The notes beneath the pieces are model-generated. The model did no database searches, was not told the DNA's origin, and worked only from the letters and a program-made list of their open reading frames with translations. A DNA stretch of 64,000 nt, taken from the NCBI GenBank assembly GCA_003344405.1, contig NOWV01000011.1, positions 558,001 to 622,000 of the forward strand, read 5' to 3'. A program made the translations under genes and the position numbers. Below, in pieces: positions 32,884 through 48,021 of this stretch; position 1 is the stretch's first letter, and the number at the start of each line of letters is the position of its first letter. Origin of the DNA: Trichoplax sp. H2 (taxonomy: Eukaryota).

Positions 32884-34695
32884 TCCGTCAGATATACTTC
32901 AAGCCATAATTTATTTTCAACTTTTATTTACTATAACCGTAAGAAATAAAGCAATATGAAGTACCTTGTAATATTATTAACAGGCTTAAACGATTAAAAC
33001 TTAATACTAGCACCTTATTTTATGGATTAACGGAATTATTCAAAGTTTCTAATTTGTTCTTTATTTTTTGCTGTCTGCACTAATCCTAAAACATATATAT
33101 GACTTGATATTATTGCATAAAAAGTAGCATTAATTTCATTTTTAACTGCCATATTTTTGCTATGATTTGATTCATTAAATGTTGTGTCAGATTAAACTTA
33201 TATATATGTAGTAATCTGGTAAGTCATAAATAAAATATTTGCTATTTAAGAAGCTTAGATTTTGAATTGCAAACTCGTGTAGCGCTAGTATGGCTAATAG
33301 ATAGACCAGTTTATGCTATTTAAAGCAAGACTTTAATGATATCTTTAGAAAATTAATTTTACGGTATCTCATGTGCAATTAATATTAAGCATCTATCCAT
33401 TGATAGATTAAAGAAATGGATCAAAACTGAAATTAGTTTTGAGCCTGCCATAAACAAATTCTCTAAATGTAATAATACGCGATTTATGTACTGTAGAATA
33501 GATAGTAACTAGTATACAGCTATTCATACTATGGCTGATTACATGCAGTATTGTGGATTTCAATCACTCCGATTATAGCTCATCGGATAATCATCCCTGA
33601 TAACGGTTTATTCCGATATTGTCATAAATAGAATTGACTGTTTTTTGGAATATATGGATACTGTAGTAGACCATTTCTTAAAATGATATCAGCGTACCCC
33701 TAGTTAACTCTCCAGCAATTTTCGTATCTATGGTAAAATCTTCATGGGCTCGTCAATGATTTGTTAAAGCAAATAAAAAAATGGAACTTTAATCTCATTT
33801 ATGCTAGCGAATTTAATAATCTACTATTCATATTGCCAGCAACTATAGACTTTTCGTCATATTTCTTAAAGTCTGGATTTAGGTATATATGAGCACTGAC
33901 AACTTACGATAAATAGTACATAAAGTTGTAAAAGTAATTTCATAGGAAATTAACTCTTGCTCATTTCTGGCAGTTGTACACCTTCTTTACTTTTAATATA
34001 TGCGTATATATAAGATAGGTATGTTGGTAGTTATTTAAAATAAAAATCAGAATATTTTTCGACTTGGTCATAATCAGCTTGTGATTTGCTATTCTTACAT
34101 CATAATTTTTCGTACTATGGTTTGATCAGTAAAGTTTTGACATAGAGTGGCTGTGATACATTAGTTATTATATATATGTTACGTATATATAAAAACGGAA
34201 GTAATGTTTGATGATACCTACGACATTACAATTTTCTTGACGCTATAAGACAATGTACACATCGTTACTTTTAGTTCAAGAAGATTTCAGTAGCAATTAA
34301 ATATAATTCTTTGATTTTTGAAATAATTAATATACTAATTCAAGATTATATTATTATATAATTGTTTTTGATGTATATCATATATATAGCATGTACATTA
34401 TATTAGTGATACATAATCTTAATCATTCTTACTTCATTAGTGATCATTGCTCAAAATTAAAGATAATTTGGGATCGGATTCTTAAAGATAATACCGACAT
34501 AAATTTACCAGACAAGAATAATTTCTTGCACATTCTTGTTATACTTTTATATATTTATATATATCACAAATTGCTAGTAACTGATATATTTCATTTGCGA
34601 TTTATGTACATTTAATATATAGAGTAATATCGTATTGGATGACCGACTATAATATATCATAATCAAATGATTTCTATTTAGAATTGTCTTAAGTA

Positions 34696-37600
34696 TCATT
34701 GTTGAGCAATTTGCTTGCTTAACTTTTCCATATTACTTTTGAGAACTCCATTCATTGGGTTCAATATGTATGCCTTTTCGTAGAATTCTTGAGCTGTTTT
34801 TAAATCGTTCTGTAATTTAAAATAGTTAAAATATAGAATTTAGAATAAGTTACAATATTCTGATTTTCGAATTAAAAAGTGATCGATGTTGATGTTATCT
34901 ACCTGTATATGTCTAATTACACCAATGTGCATTAGGGCACTAGCATGTCGAGGATTATGTCTGACACATTTCAGATAACTCTATGAGAAGGAAGAGAAAT
35001 TTAAAATTGTAAGTCATTTTTAATTAATGGTAGCCTGTTTAAGCTCAAAAATGTCGTAGCTCTATTATTCTCATGCAATATGACCCGATAGAAAATATAT
35101 GGCATAGATGCTGTACCTCTTCTGCTTCATGATATCGTTGAAGATCTTTTAACGCTTCCCCTCGCAAGAAGTGTAAATCAGAATCATTTGTGAATGTTTT
35201 TAGAGCTTCTGCTGTAATTTTCAATGACTTAAAAGAATAAAAATGGCTATGTAAGTTAATAGTGATGTAATCGAAAACTTTAATTCCAACAAATATAAGC
35301 ACAAGATGTGGTTTTAATGCAAATTATTCCACTATTACCTCTTGTGGATGCTTGTTTACAGTTAAAACGCTGGCTAATAGTTTACTTGGCTCCAGTTCAT
35401 AGTTGGTGTTTTTGAAAACAGTTATCATATTTCTTAATTTGGATATGGCTTCCTTCGTCTTTCCTAAGTTGGCTAGACATTGGCTCTAGGGACGTTTACA
35501 AGTGAATAGTTAATCAAAAGTTGAGATCCATCAATTAATTAATTGTAAGAGCAATACAGCGCTATATACTCTAAAAACTTACGTAGGCTAGGTTAAAATC
35601 ATATCTTTTGGGACGTTGATGTATGGCATCCTCTAGTACAACTGCGGCTTCTTTATAGCGTTTATGATCCAAAAGTAAGGTAGCTAGATAGTATAATGTC
35701 TCTGGACTACGTTCAATACCTAAGGCTCTATTAAAATATGTGAGTAAACCAATATTAATACACACTTAACTAGCAAATCTATTAAATTAAGTTTACTAAG
35801 TAAAATTTAATCGAATATTTTCAGTAACGAAGATTAAGTTTTATACACACTTAATTATCATACCTTCGGTAGTGTTTCTCTGCCTGATCATTTTGGCCAA
35901 ATTTTCGTAATAGCCTCCCTTTGTTTACTATTGCAACATGATGGACTGCATTAAGGCTTATAGCCATATCATAAGATTTTATCGCATCATGCTGACGCCC
36001 TATAAGGAATTTTATAGTTAGCAAAAAGCGTGAAATATTTCGTTGATATACATTTATAATAATACTAATTGAAAAGACATCATTTGTGATACTGTCTGAA
36101 ATGGTACGACAAGAATTATTACGCTTGCAAGTGATAATAACATTAAATAAAGAATAGAGTTAGCTGTTGCCTTTTGCTAATACTAAAGTAGCTATTTTAA
36201 AAATGATAGCAGATACTGATTTCTTTAGAAGTTCATTTAGAATTTTAAGGTATCGTGTAGGAAATTAACTATAGAATCGCAAAATTTACTGATATGATCA
36301 ATCGCTACAATTGAATTACAAGTAATTGTTCGAAACCTAACCTAGTTTTGTTAAGTGGACTCCATAATTATTATAAACATCTGCGGAACGAGGAAATTTA
36401 CGAAGCATTTTCTCAAATAGTTTTGATGCTTCATCCATCCTATCCATTTCGCCAGTTGATGCTGTCAGAGATATCCAAGGACCCTCAAAAGAATCTTCAA
36501 TACTATCCAGCATGATCATAATGTAACAAAATAATTTTTTGATGTTACAACTAATTTCCGACAGATGTACATGAACAACCTTGTTTTTTTTAATTTGAAA
36601 GTACCTAATGGCTTTCTTAAACATCTCTACAGCTTTGATTAATTTTCCCTTCCGTCTTTGAAATCAGATCGCGATCAATAAAATTGATTAGTTCGATAGT
36701 AATTAAAGAATTCTGACTTACATAGTTATTCGATGGTAAATCTTCTTGGACTTAAGAAAATTTAAATTAATTTAGTCTACCTTAGTAAATTCCCGTAATT
36801 AAAGTAAGCTCTGGCGTGGTATGGATTATGGAGGATGGCTTTTTGATATAATTCTTCTGATTCCTAAAATATCCATAATTAAATATTGTATATAATGAAA
36901 ATGATAGGGAACAGATCAAACAGAAAATCTTTACTTCTAAAGACTATAAATGTTTTAAACATCTATAAAATTAAATTGCAATAACTATAACTCTATTTTA
37001 CCTTTTCATCAAGAGTTATTGTTGCTAAATTATTGCTTGAACTGGCATGATCGGGTGCAATCCTTAACAGAAAATAAGTATTAAAATAAGAAAGAAAATA
37101 GTTATCAATCTATAATGTAGATTCATAAATAGCTGAACGTACCTTAAAGCAGTTTTATAAGCAGTTGCTGCTTCTTGTAAACGATGATGATCTTTTAAGT
37201 AGTTAGCGTAATTATAATAAACTTTAGCATTATTGGGTACGACTTCAATTGCAGACCTTAGAAAAGAAAAGAAATAGAAATTAATTAAAATATAGCTATA
37301 GCTACTAAATAATCAGGAGGTGAGATTGCTTTATTTAGTAAATGCATAGTCTCAATACCGTAAAACTATACATGTAAACCGATACGTTATTGATCTTATG
37401 ATGCATGTATTGAGAAGATTAAGCTATACTAAATTGATAAACAGCATAGAATTGAGGACGAACAATTTACATTTATGAATATACATATACATATACTATT
37501 CTTACCGGAATAGTGACTCTCTCGTTTTCCAAACGTTATTGCGACTAACAGTTCTGCAAGAAAAGATGATTAGCCAAGCATAGACGAGGATGCCCAGAGT

Positions 37601-40600
37601 CAGCTTTAACTTGTAAGATAGTCTGGTTGCCCAATTGGATAGTTGATTTAATCCTAGTACCACTATTATGCAAAACCCCATACTAAAAAATTGAAGAATT
37701 AATAGTTGGAATGGATTGCTTAAGTAACGCAGAAGCTAAACTGAGAGTTATAAATTTATTGTACCTAGGAAGATAGAGAACTCTTTCGGCCACAACAAAG
37801 CCAACAGGAAAGAAGAGATTTAATGCTGGGATGAAAGGGATAACTAATAAAGCGAATCCAATAGTAAGGGCTTGACTTTCATTATCTTTCTGAATAAAAG
37901 AATGAGAAAAGTTAAAATTAATCCAGTACTCTAGTTAAACGATTACTCTTAAAAGATTAATTAAGGATCTACGCAGACTTATAAGAATAATAGAGGCATA
38001 AACTTACCTGTTGAAATTTTAAGAATGATGAGGCTAGGCCAGATAAATTGTGCATTAACCATAAATAAAAGCATAATGAGTAAAAATTACGTATGTCTGT
38101 TGGCTTTTCAATTAATGGAATTGAACCCATCTGCCAGTCGTAACAAAGATCGCGAGGATATAGTAACAACCAAAAATTAAACGCAGGTAAGTAACTCAAT
38201 GTCATAACTCGAGTTAGACGCTGTTTTGCAAAGATAGCTGGGTTATCATGTTGGCTAAAATTTGGCAGTTGGCCGTTCATAATCCATACGCGAAAGGACA
38301 TTAAGGCAATCAGCTGTAATTAAAGAAATGGTATTTAAGCATTACTAATTGAGCTACTATAAGTGTGGTAAGCGTTGTCAGTATAAAAAGTATCTATTGA
38401 ATTAATATATATGTATTCTATCTTGTATTAGAAGTCATTACATAGACTGCTACCAAACCAAATCGCCACATTAGAGAAGATCCATGAAGTTTTAAATAAT
38501 AGCTATCGAAATGATATAAGCATCTAATAGAAATTAAAAATCATCATTGGATGGGAACCTTATCTGTGATTTTTGTAATAGAAGTTATTTTAAATTTTTG
38601 ATTGAGGATATAACGTCTTTTCTACATATTTTTATTATAGAAAGTTACGACAGTGCTATAAAAAGTACAAGAATAAAATTTAAAATAGACGTTTATAAAA
38701 CTATCTATCTAATACATTATTGTTAAGAGTAGTACTGATGCGTAGATATGAATTAATTAATATACATGTATAAGGTTCACATTTAAGCTTTATTGACGCG
38801 ATAATGACGGAAGCATCTATCTAATTATATTTAGTTATTTATGATATCATTGGTATTTTACGTTAACAATATCCTTCGTAATAGAATACGATAGTAAATA
38901 TGATGGTACATTATGAATATTAGTCCTGTAACTAGACAAAATATTGTTTAACATACCTTCGAAAACCTTTTCTAGAAGCTACAGCAACATCGTAAGCCAT
39001 ACAAACCGCAATAACTGTAATACCTTGTTCTTTACTTAGCATCGCCACAAATGTAAAAATAAAACAATATAATAATTCTTTGATTGAGGTAGTCTTTGCA
39101 AACTCATCCTGTCAATAAAAATTAGTCAGAATGAATAGAAATTAACCCTCTATTTACTATATAATTCATGTGTTCAGTTTATCGATACATTGCCATTAAT
39201 ACCTTCATAAATAGATAATAGTAAAAATTAGATAATCACTACTGTTACTAGCATAAAAGGCTTAAGTTATGGATAAATTATTTACCAACATGTAAAGATT
39301 TATATTTAAGATGAGTGCAAGAAAGCAATTTTATTATAAAATTTAAGAATATAAATGGCCGCTTCTGTTTATTGAATAAGAGTTTTATACCCACGGTATA
39401 CTGTAGTTTATAACTAAAATTCAATATTTATTTTTCGAAAATGCCAAGATGGCTTATTATTGCAAGAAAAGGATAAAGGTGGGCTAACGAATCAATTTAG
39501 TCTTTAATTTAAAATAATTATTAATAGTACGATCTAAGTTTTACTGAATAGAAGAGATCAAATATGCTAATGTAGATTAATTTCGATTTATACATCAATT
39601 TCAAATTGTATATTCTGTATAACGTGTAAAACTACACATAGTCTAATACTATAATCTAATGCATCCAATGAGTAGAAACTATATTTATTCTGCCTAATCG
39701 ATAATAAAATAATACTTATTGATAATATAAATTACAACAGTATGTATATTTGTAAAATAAAGCTAGCTAGATGAAATAGATTTTGTTATTATATGCAGCA
39801 AACTATTATTCCAAATTAGGGCCCTACAAATAATTACAACGTGTACTGTACTGTAGACAAATATATAAGAACGATATTTATCCGCGTCTAAAAATTAAGT
39901 AAATGATACACTTTTCCCAATCGTCCTAATTGATTGTACTACTCATTCATTGTAATTCTGACATAAATGGTAAGTTCAAAAGACTAAGGAACACTTAATA
40001 CCAACGGTTTGCCTCTCATTTTGTAAACATCCTCTCCTTTTCATTGAAAAGAAGTTGGTATTGTATCATGTCTATGATCAGCGACCTAAATACTTTATAA
40101 ATATGGAATACACTTCTACAACTAGAATATTAGTGCTTTAACTACTTTGTAGTGGTTACTACTCTGAGCTTATTCCTTTCTCTTCTAGGATAAGTCTTTG
40201 CCGTTACAGATAGTATCTCTATAACTATATATGCAGACGATTTTAAATAAATTTCCATCTAGCTGTATAGCTTAAAATATAGCCAAACTTATCATCATAT
40301 TATAATAGCAATCATTCATTATCGGTCAAATGTAGTATTGCACAATCATAATTCAATAGAAATGAGCCAAATTAGATATGATGAGGCGATTAAGTCAATA
40401 AGAGTGTGTATCCATTTTTCAGGGGGCGATATTAATCAATTATAAAGAAATATTTAGCAACTAAATGAAACTGTTATTATTGGAAAAATAAATATCTAAC
40501 GCTGTTAATGGATCAAAATTATCTTAATGTCAAATTAAATAACATACTGATATTAAGAAGAACAATAATTAATCGTCCTCACTATACGTATACTTTAGCC

Positions 40601-43600
40601 TACCTTAGAGATCTTGTCGTTTTTCAAGCCAACACATCTGTGCAAATAAATGAGATAAAATAATAATATTCAAGGCAAATACGATTAAAAGCCTTACTAT
40701 TGTTTGCATTAAATTATCAAGAAGCTATCAGCGTCTTGTGACTAGAGCAATAAATAAGGTTAAGATATTGATTTAGATCGCTTGCATAAAATGATTCTTC
40801 TTATTACTATCGATTTTTAACTACTAGCTAAAGTGAGATTTAATTCAACTGGGGGCATTTATAGTAATCAGTAGAATTAATCTATTCTCAGTTTCTTAAC
40901 TACTGACTATTGGCATACTATCGATAGTATAGAAATTTTGTCATATACTTTTTTAACAATGTTATAATTTTCCTAGCGATTAATGGATTTCGTAGAAGGT
41001 AATCTAGTATCTATAATTACATCATCGACAATTGGAAGCTATTCTATCAATCATGACAAATAGACATCTTTATATTGACAAGGCATTCATATGTGTTTAA
41101 CTATTGGTCAATGCTTCAGGGGAAAGCATTTATGTTCGGTCCCAGTAGGAAGTCTATTGCCTTCGGCACCCTGTCGGGAATTGGCTTTAAGTCTAAATCG
41201 TGGATAACCTTATTATAGATACTATTCCTTTACTATCGGAAGATCTGTAAAAATCTACTGATGTTATTCTATCGTAGATTTAACAGAATCTATGGGATAA
41301 AACGCTGGATGTACTATAAGCTTTCCTCAAAGTAATCGTAGAGCGGATAAGACTATCTGGCTAGTTAGGATTAATCTATTCTAATGATCACCAAGAAAGA
41401 TTAACGTTAGGACAGTATTGGATAGGAAATTAAAAAATTTTTGGGCTTAACATAATCTTAAGCAGATTTATAGTTGGCATTAATAAGTCTAAAGGTTAAT
41501 AACATGATATAACATACTGTAGGCTATTACTTACTTGGCATACGTATAGAATGCTAATAGAAAGAATAAACACGATAAGATTTCTGCCCTTCCGACGATT
41601 CCGGCCACCTGGTTAGTCGTCAATAATCAAAAGGATGATATTTGAATAATATTGCTCACGGAATCATTTAAACATTAGCCAATAAAGTGCAAATATCATG
41701 TCGAGTTTAATTTAAATTTTTTGCATGATAATACATTATATTCAATTAAGATAGAGTAGTTATTGTCATTTCAACAGACGGTAAAAAGTTTTTCTAATTA
41801 CATTATTCGACTGATTAGCTGGAGAGTAACTCTATCGCATTATCCAAGCAGTTATATCGTTTTCAATATAATCTTGTACGTAAAATTAGCAACAAATAAA
41901 AATGAATGGATCAAGATAAGAGCGATCATTTCTATATCGTATTGTTATTGCAATTAAGAACTGGCGCCATCGCTAATTTAGTTTGACAATAATATTATTA
42001 TAATCAACATGGTCGCCTTGATCTATTCTGATTCTACGTGACTGATTCATTGATTACGTTATCCACGCTGAATTGTTGGTTTGTATTAAAACAGTTTTTG
42101 ATCAATTTATACAGACATGATTGTCTAGTTAATGGATGGTTTGCTAACAATAAAGACTTCCAAAACTCATTCTTTTAATAGCTTAGTCTAAATTTCTACT
42201 TTAGTTGATATCCCTTTAGAATAAAAAATTTAAAATATTTTTATAAGTTAGCCGGGATTTTTTTTCGGAGATTGTATCAAAATTTCGACAGGATTTTACC
42301 GTTAAGTACCCTACTAAACGCATGACCTTAACGATACTAGCTAGAGTTACGTACGAATATATGATTGATTACGGACAATCCTGACAGTTAATCTTTTTCT
42401 TTTTAAGGTTTGTGTTAAGGGAGTCTTCGACGTACTGCTGAACTGTTTTAGTAGATTTCAAGGCATCAGAAATTCAGTTGATTTACTGTATAGTAATACG
42501 GCAGCTGTAGCTGTATCAACAGGAATGAGCCAGCATGATTAACTTTAGTGGCTAGTTTTTTGCTGATCACGTTATTCTGTTATACCTTTGTCAGGGAAAT
42601 AAGCAGCTATTTTAATGAATATCTCAAGGAAGCTGTATGTTATTTGGCAGGTTTCCAAGCATAACATTGTTATTGTAAAATCTTCATTGAAAATTACATC
42701 AAAGTAAAGCAATAATAATATCGCGAATGCTATCCTCCCTCATGGAGTAGTGTTGTTTCCATGCCCAACTAAGCTGCTAAATTCTGTAATGATATTATAG
42801 CAACTAATTTATATGCAATATTGACTGCATTTAAGGGAAAAGTGGGATCTATTTTATATTGGATCTGTCTTATCTTTATGGTTATCTTGGTGTGTGGTTA
42901 TATATGAGAACAAGTTATTTCTAGGTACTCTTTGCTAATAAGATTTCCATGAACTAGAAATACTTGCAGCCATCTTGATAATCCTATTATTGTGCTTGTT
43001 TAAGGTTTAGTAAGGAAATGAAGCATCGAAAATATTTCTAAAACATTACAAAATGACTTCTTAAGCACAATCGTATAAGTGTGCAAGGACATTGATCACG
43101 ATAATTTCCTAATTAGAGCTAAAACTTTAACTTTTGTACTGAGGAAATTTAATTTCATTGATTCTATTAAAGATTGAACGCCGAGACAAACGGAGAGCAT
43201 ATTCTCAGCACAGTCATGATTTATAGTATTCAACGATAGATCAAGTTGCTATTAAACTGATTAATCATTCTGTAATAAATTGATACTATCACGGTTATGT
43301 TATGCCTAATTTTTGCACTAATTTCAAAAAACTTGATGCAAATAGATAAAAATATATGATGGCTAGATCGAAACTTGGCACACTCATACATTGGCTATCC
43401 AACGTTGCTATCGAAGTATTATTTACGGATCCAATTTAGCATTCATTCAGTAAAAGGATCACTAGATAGAGAGTAGCTGTTTTTCAATATAGACAATTTT
43501 TCTATTATCGATGTGATTACTTTTGGGAATGAGAATATTCTGTATTCTACCTACTAAAGGCAGTGTATGCTTTTAATGATAATCATGCAAGGAGATTGGT

Positions 43601-45580
43601 GCATGTAATAAAGTATCGATTCAACATTTCAATAATTAATCTGACAGCTGTAATAAGAGTGCTTTCCTTGTCCTTTAAACTATAGTAATTTTTGTGTGCC
43701 ATCGCTAATTGCTTAAAGGGAGATCTTACTGAAACATTGGATAGATTATGAAACAGCTTTTCCAGATGTCTATCGATGCACACAAATGATAAACGACAAT
43801 ATCCTATTTCGGATATTATGATAACCTTGGAGATTGGACAGGTTGAAATTAAAAAAGTCTAGGAATCAGTTTACTGGACTTTTTTGTGCTATTTGATTTA
43901 GGAATTAAGGTATTACCCTTCTAGATTAGGCTGGTTTGAGGTTATTAGACATAGTGTGTGCGGCAAGATGAGAAGATGAAGCAAAATAATAATTATTTTA
44001 TGTTGGTATCTTAAGCAAACAATAACAGCATGGGCAAATAAAGGAATAAAGCATAGGATGGATAACTGGATTACTAATATAGCATTTGAACAATGGCTAA
44101 AGCGTAGAATACAATATTTTTGAAATGAATTTTTTTCCCATCAAAAAAATCACTATGCAACGTAGCCATTAAACGAGCGACTACAGTATTGAATACGCTA
44201 TTTCTTTCAACGGGAATGATACTGTATAAGAAATGGGTTTAATTGAGTTATGATAAGGAAAAATGAAGGAAAAGGCTTCATGTTTCGATAGTTGAATTGA
44301 AGCCTAAGGAACCCATTTTGATTCTGCACTTGGTGATGTTCCTATTTGACTAACGATAATGAGAACTTTTAATATGGACTAGGGTGTGATATGAAAGGAT
44401 TGAGTACAAGACGAATGGAATTTGTTATGTCTGTATAGAATTGATGTCCCAATTTTTTTATCTTTCAAATCAAAAAATTGCAAATGATTAAATTGAGCAG
44501 GAAAATAAAAGCAAAACGATTGTAAACGGTAGAAAATCAAAAAAAAGACAGCACGTATCGTTCGATGAGTAAAATATCTGACGATAGTTGCCCTTATGCT
44601 ACATAATATGTAAAAATTAAATGCAAGATGGAAATGATTTCTATTTTCAAATCGGGTTTTCAATCTCTATCATCTCGATGATTATCGAGCTCTCTATCAA
44701 ATTTAGGTTATTTTGTGTATATGTAATGCATCGATATTAATAGGTCTTTTATGTCGTTGAATAACAATTCTATCCACCTTAGTTCACTAGTAAAACATTG
44801 CTCAAAGTGATTATTACTTCGTTAAACAATAACAGTAATCCTTTAGAATAACAATAACTTAACTGCTTCGGTATGGATAGGATGGACAGCGAAGAGGATA
44901 GCAGTTAGAAAAGCTAATTGGATGGACATTCGTAGCAAACGATGGCAGATAAAAAGGAATATCGAGCAAACCATTGCATGAAGAGCGATATTGACGATAT
45001 GATAGCCATTAGGATGTAATCCATGCAGGTAGAAATTCCATCGAAATGTTGCAATGGTGAAAGGGCGATAAGATTTATGACTATTAGGGTTAGACATGGA
45101 TGTCCCCCAAAAATCATGATGAAAAATTTGCCACCAACTGGCATTACCAACAACATCTTGATTCTCGACAATGGCGTAGATATCATCATGAACCAATTGA
45201 CCATCTAAACTATTGATATAGCATAAACAACTAATGATAAAAGTGAATCCAAGGCTAAGATAGAAGGATAATTGTGGTAGATAGGGTAGATAACATGGAA
45301 TCAAGGGTGATAATCTATTGCTTTCATTAGTCTTTTGGCCATGGATAAAGGCTGAACATGATGAGCGATTTTTATGAGTTAATGTCGTTGTTGCTGTCGA
45401 TGATGTCGTGTTTGTTGTTGCCGTTGTGTTGGCCATCATGGTATGATTAATTTTACTTGGTGTACTCGATGTTGGCTTGCCTTGAAGAATAGTCACTTGA
45501 TGATGATGATGATTATGCGATAGCCATGATTCAATGGGCTGTTCACGTTTTTTAGGGCGAAAACGGGATGAAAACACCAT
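34696..45580 (-). CDS. TMTC1: Protein O-mannosyltransferase of the TMTC family (GT-C membrane domain plus TPR repeats), TMTC1-like
   Basis: Exons include 45580-44864, 41608-41535, 40637-40604, 39108-38957, 38502-38442, 38313-38008, 37889-37765, then TPR exons down to 34809-34696 (TGA). Motifs: [16 protein letters not shown]...[69 protein letters not shown] and LCYDWQ favour the TMTC1 paralog group. Confidence 0.92.
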
Positions 45581-47108
45581 GATGGTGGCGATGTCAATGG
45601 ATTAAGAATATTTGCTAATGCGATTATTCCTGCGGATTTATATTGTAATAATTGATTATGTTCTGTTCTGGCTTAACTCTTTTTTTTATCCTGGCGCTAT
45701 ACACGTGGTACATTGATGTTGATATAATGTAGAGGTGGATTCTATACATGTTTATTTTTCGGGTTAAATGATACAAAAGTTATCTAAATAAAACAAGTTG
45801 ATTCTCTCTCCGAACAATATGACATTCCTTTCTTTTCAACTCTTCCCCGCAACGACGTCATATTATGTCCATATTTATTACGCATGATCTACGGATAAAC
45901 CAATCAATCGCTTATTTGATGAATGGAAAATAGGAAAATTGAGTAATAATGAGTTGGGCAGGGAAGTAGAGATATAAAATGATCAGTTTTATGTACTTAC
46001 CATCAAAAGCTTGGATAAATACAAGATACAAATATTCATCGCTACCGTAGCGAATAGGAAAAGTTAACGAGAGATTTCTATTACAGACTGGATAGATTAA
46101 GCGAGGGCATTTATCGTTTCGGTCATGATTTTATTAGCAATTAGATAATACTGCTATTTTTATGAAAGGATCAATCATTTTTATCATCTATTTTCACTTC
46201 CATCTGCCTGTAAATGATATGTATCAAGTTGAGTTTGCTCTAGAGTTGCAAGTTATTGCAAGCTTTTGATTCCCATATGCTTCCTATCACGTTACCTTAC
46301 GTATTTCTTGTTATCGTTGAATAACTTTCTATTCAGTTGGATCATGTCTTTATTAATGGGAATAATAACGATAACAGCTATAACTTATAAGATGAATAAA
46401 ATGATAATCAGCAGATGTAGTATAGCAATTTCAACTGCAATAGATCAATACACCGTCATCATTTGTGGTAAGAACAATTTACCGTGGTTGAATCACGACA
46501 ACGCGTTTGCTAGAAATGCTATCTATCAAAGTGATGTAATTAAGTAATCATTATAATGAGTAAGGTAAATGAATTTTGGCATCTTTTATTGCCATATCAA
46601 TGCTAAGATAGAGTCTCAGGTTGCATTGTATGCTAGCTAGAACAATATATTATTTTAAATCTGAGTAAATGACCAACTTGATGTCATGAGATTGATATGG
46701 CCAGTCATGGAAACATAGCTAGTAAATTGCTCTGCAAGACATGGAAATTACAAAATTGAAGCTATCGATATCAAAAGTTAATGTCAATGTTATTTAACTT
46801 AAAAAGTTGCAATAGTTGGAGAAAGAACGGTCAAAGTAAATTAGATTATCGTCATCATAGATGTTCTAGGACACAATTCGGTATTTCATAAACAGGAACA
46901 AAGAAAAATATTTTAAATTCACCTTCAATCTGGCAGCTCAATTATTGATGAAAATTTGATTGTATCATAATACTTTAAGAATAGTAGTCATTTTCTATAT
47001 TAAGATATCGAGTAAACGTACGAACTAAATCAATTTAGATTACTGTCCATAATAAAACGATGCTGTTAGATTGAGTCGCTACGTAAGTGTTTAATGCTAG
47101 GGGTAATA

Positions 47109-47660
47109 TTGAATTTCCATCAGGCGGTTTCGGATGAATGGGCCCACTACAATATGTTAAATAAATGGTAGCAAAATAGAACTACCTTATTACAGTAGGA
47201 TAAGCTTAGGGTTAAACAAATGTTTTTGCTCTTTATATTCAAACAGTGTAAGCACAGCATAATGTAGTCATGGCTGAATACTTAATATCTTGTGCAAATG
47301 TAAGGATTACTATCTTAAAAAGAAAAGGCTGTACATGTTGTGCTAGAAACATCTAAGTATGAATCATAACAACATAGAGCACACAAATTTTGAATTTCCA
47401 TCAGGCTAATTCAGATGAATAGGCCTAGTACAATATGTTAAATAGATGATAGTAAAATAGAACTATCTCATTTCAATAGGATAAGTTTAGGTAGGAACAA
47501 ATATCTTTGCCCATTATATTCAAATAGTGCGAGCAAAGCACAATGTCGTCATGGTTGAAAGTTTGTCTTTTGCTAATGTAAAGATTACCAACTTAAAGAA
47601 AAGGCAATAGATTTTATCTTTAAAAAAATCCAAGTATGGATCGTAACACCATAGCACACG
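47109..47660. repeat. Intergenic tandem duplication, ~281 bp unit, 2 diverged copies
   Basis: ttgaatttccatcaggc...gatgaat.ggcc..tacaatatgttaaata...aaaatagaacta...taggataag at 47109 and 47390. Confidence 0.85.
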
Positions 47661-47665
47661 CCAAA

Positions 47666-48021
47666 AAATCACTTACATTATTGATAATTATTTGATCCTA
47701 GGCGCTATTAGCACTAATCGTGACATTAAAATTTTTGTACAAAAATTGTATGATGATGAGCTATAAGGTTAATGGTGTGTCGCTACATACACATTTTTAG
47801 CTCAACTGTTGTAATTTTAATATTTACTGACGGGGTTGGTACTTAAGTAAGCAAACCTTGACATACGTGTATATGAATTGATACCCGAAAATCGCTTACA
47901 TTATTGCTAACGATTTGATCTTTGGCACTGTCAGTGCTAATACTAACATTAAATTGTTGTAAAATAAATTGTGATGAGCTTATAGGTTATTGGTGTGTCA
48001 CTACGTTCGCATTTTTAGCTC
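47666..48021. repeat. Intergenic direct repeat, ~135 bp, 2 diverged copies
   Basis: aaaatc.cttacattattg.taa..atttgatc...tgatgagct...ggtgtgtc.ctac...catttttagctc at ~47666 and ~47888. Confidence 0.85.

Noticed and set aside
41134-41188. GC-rich patch in a TMTC intron resembling a ribozyme or UUCG hairpin
   Set aside because: Pairings are short and imperfect; no HDV-like or hammerhead core could be assembled.
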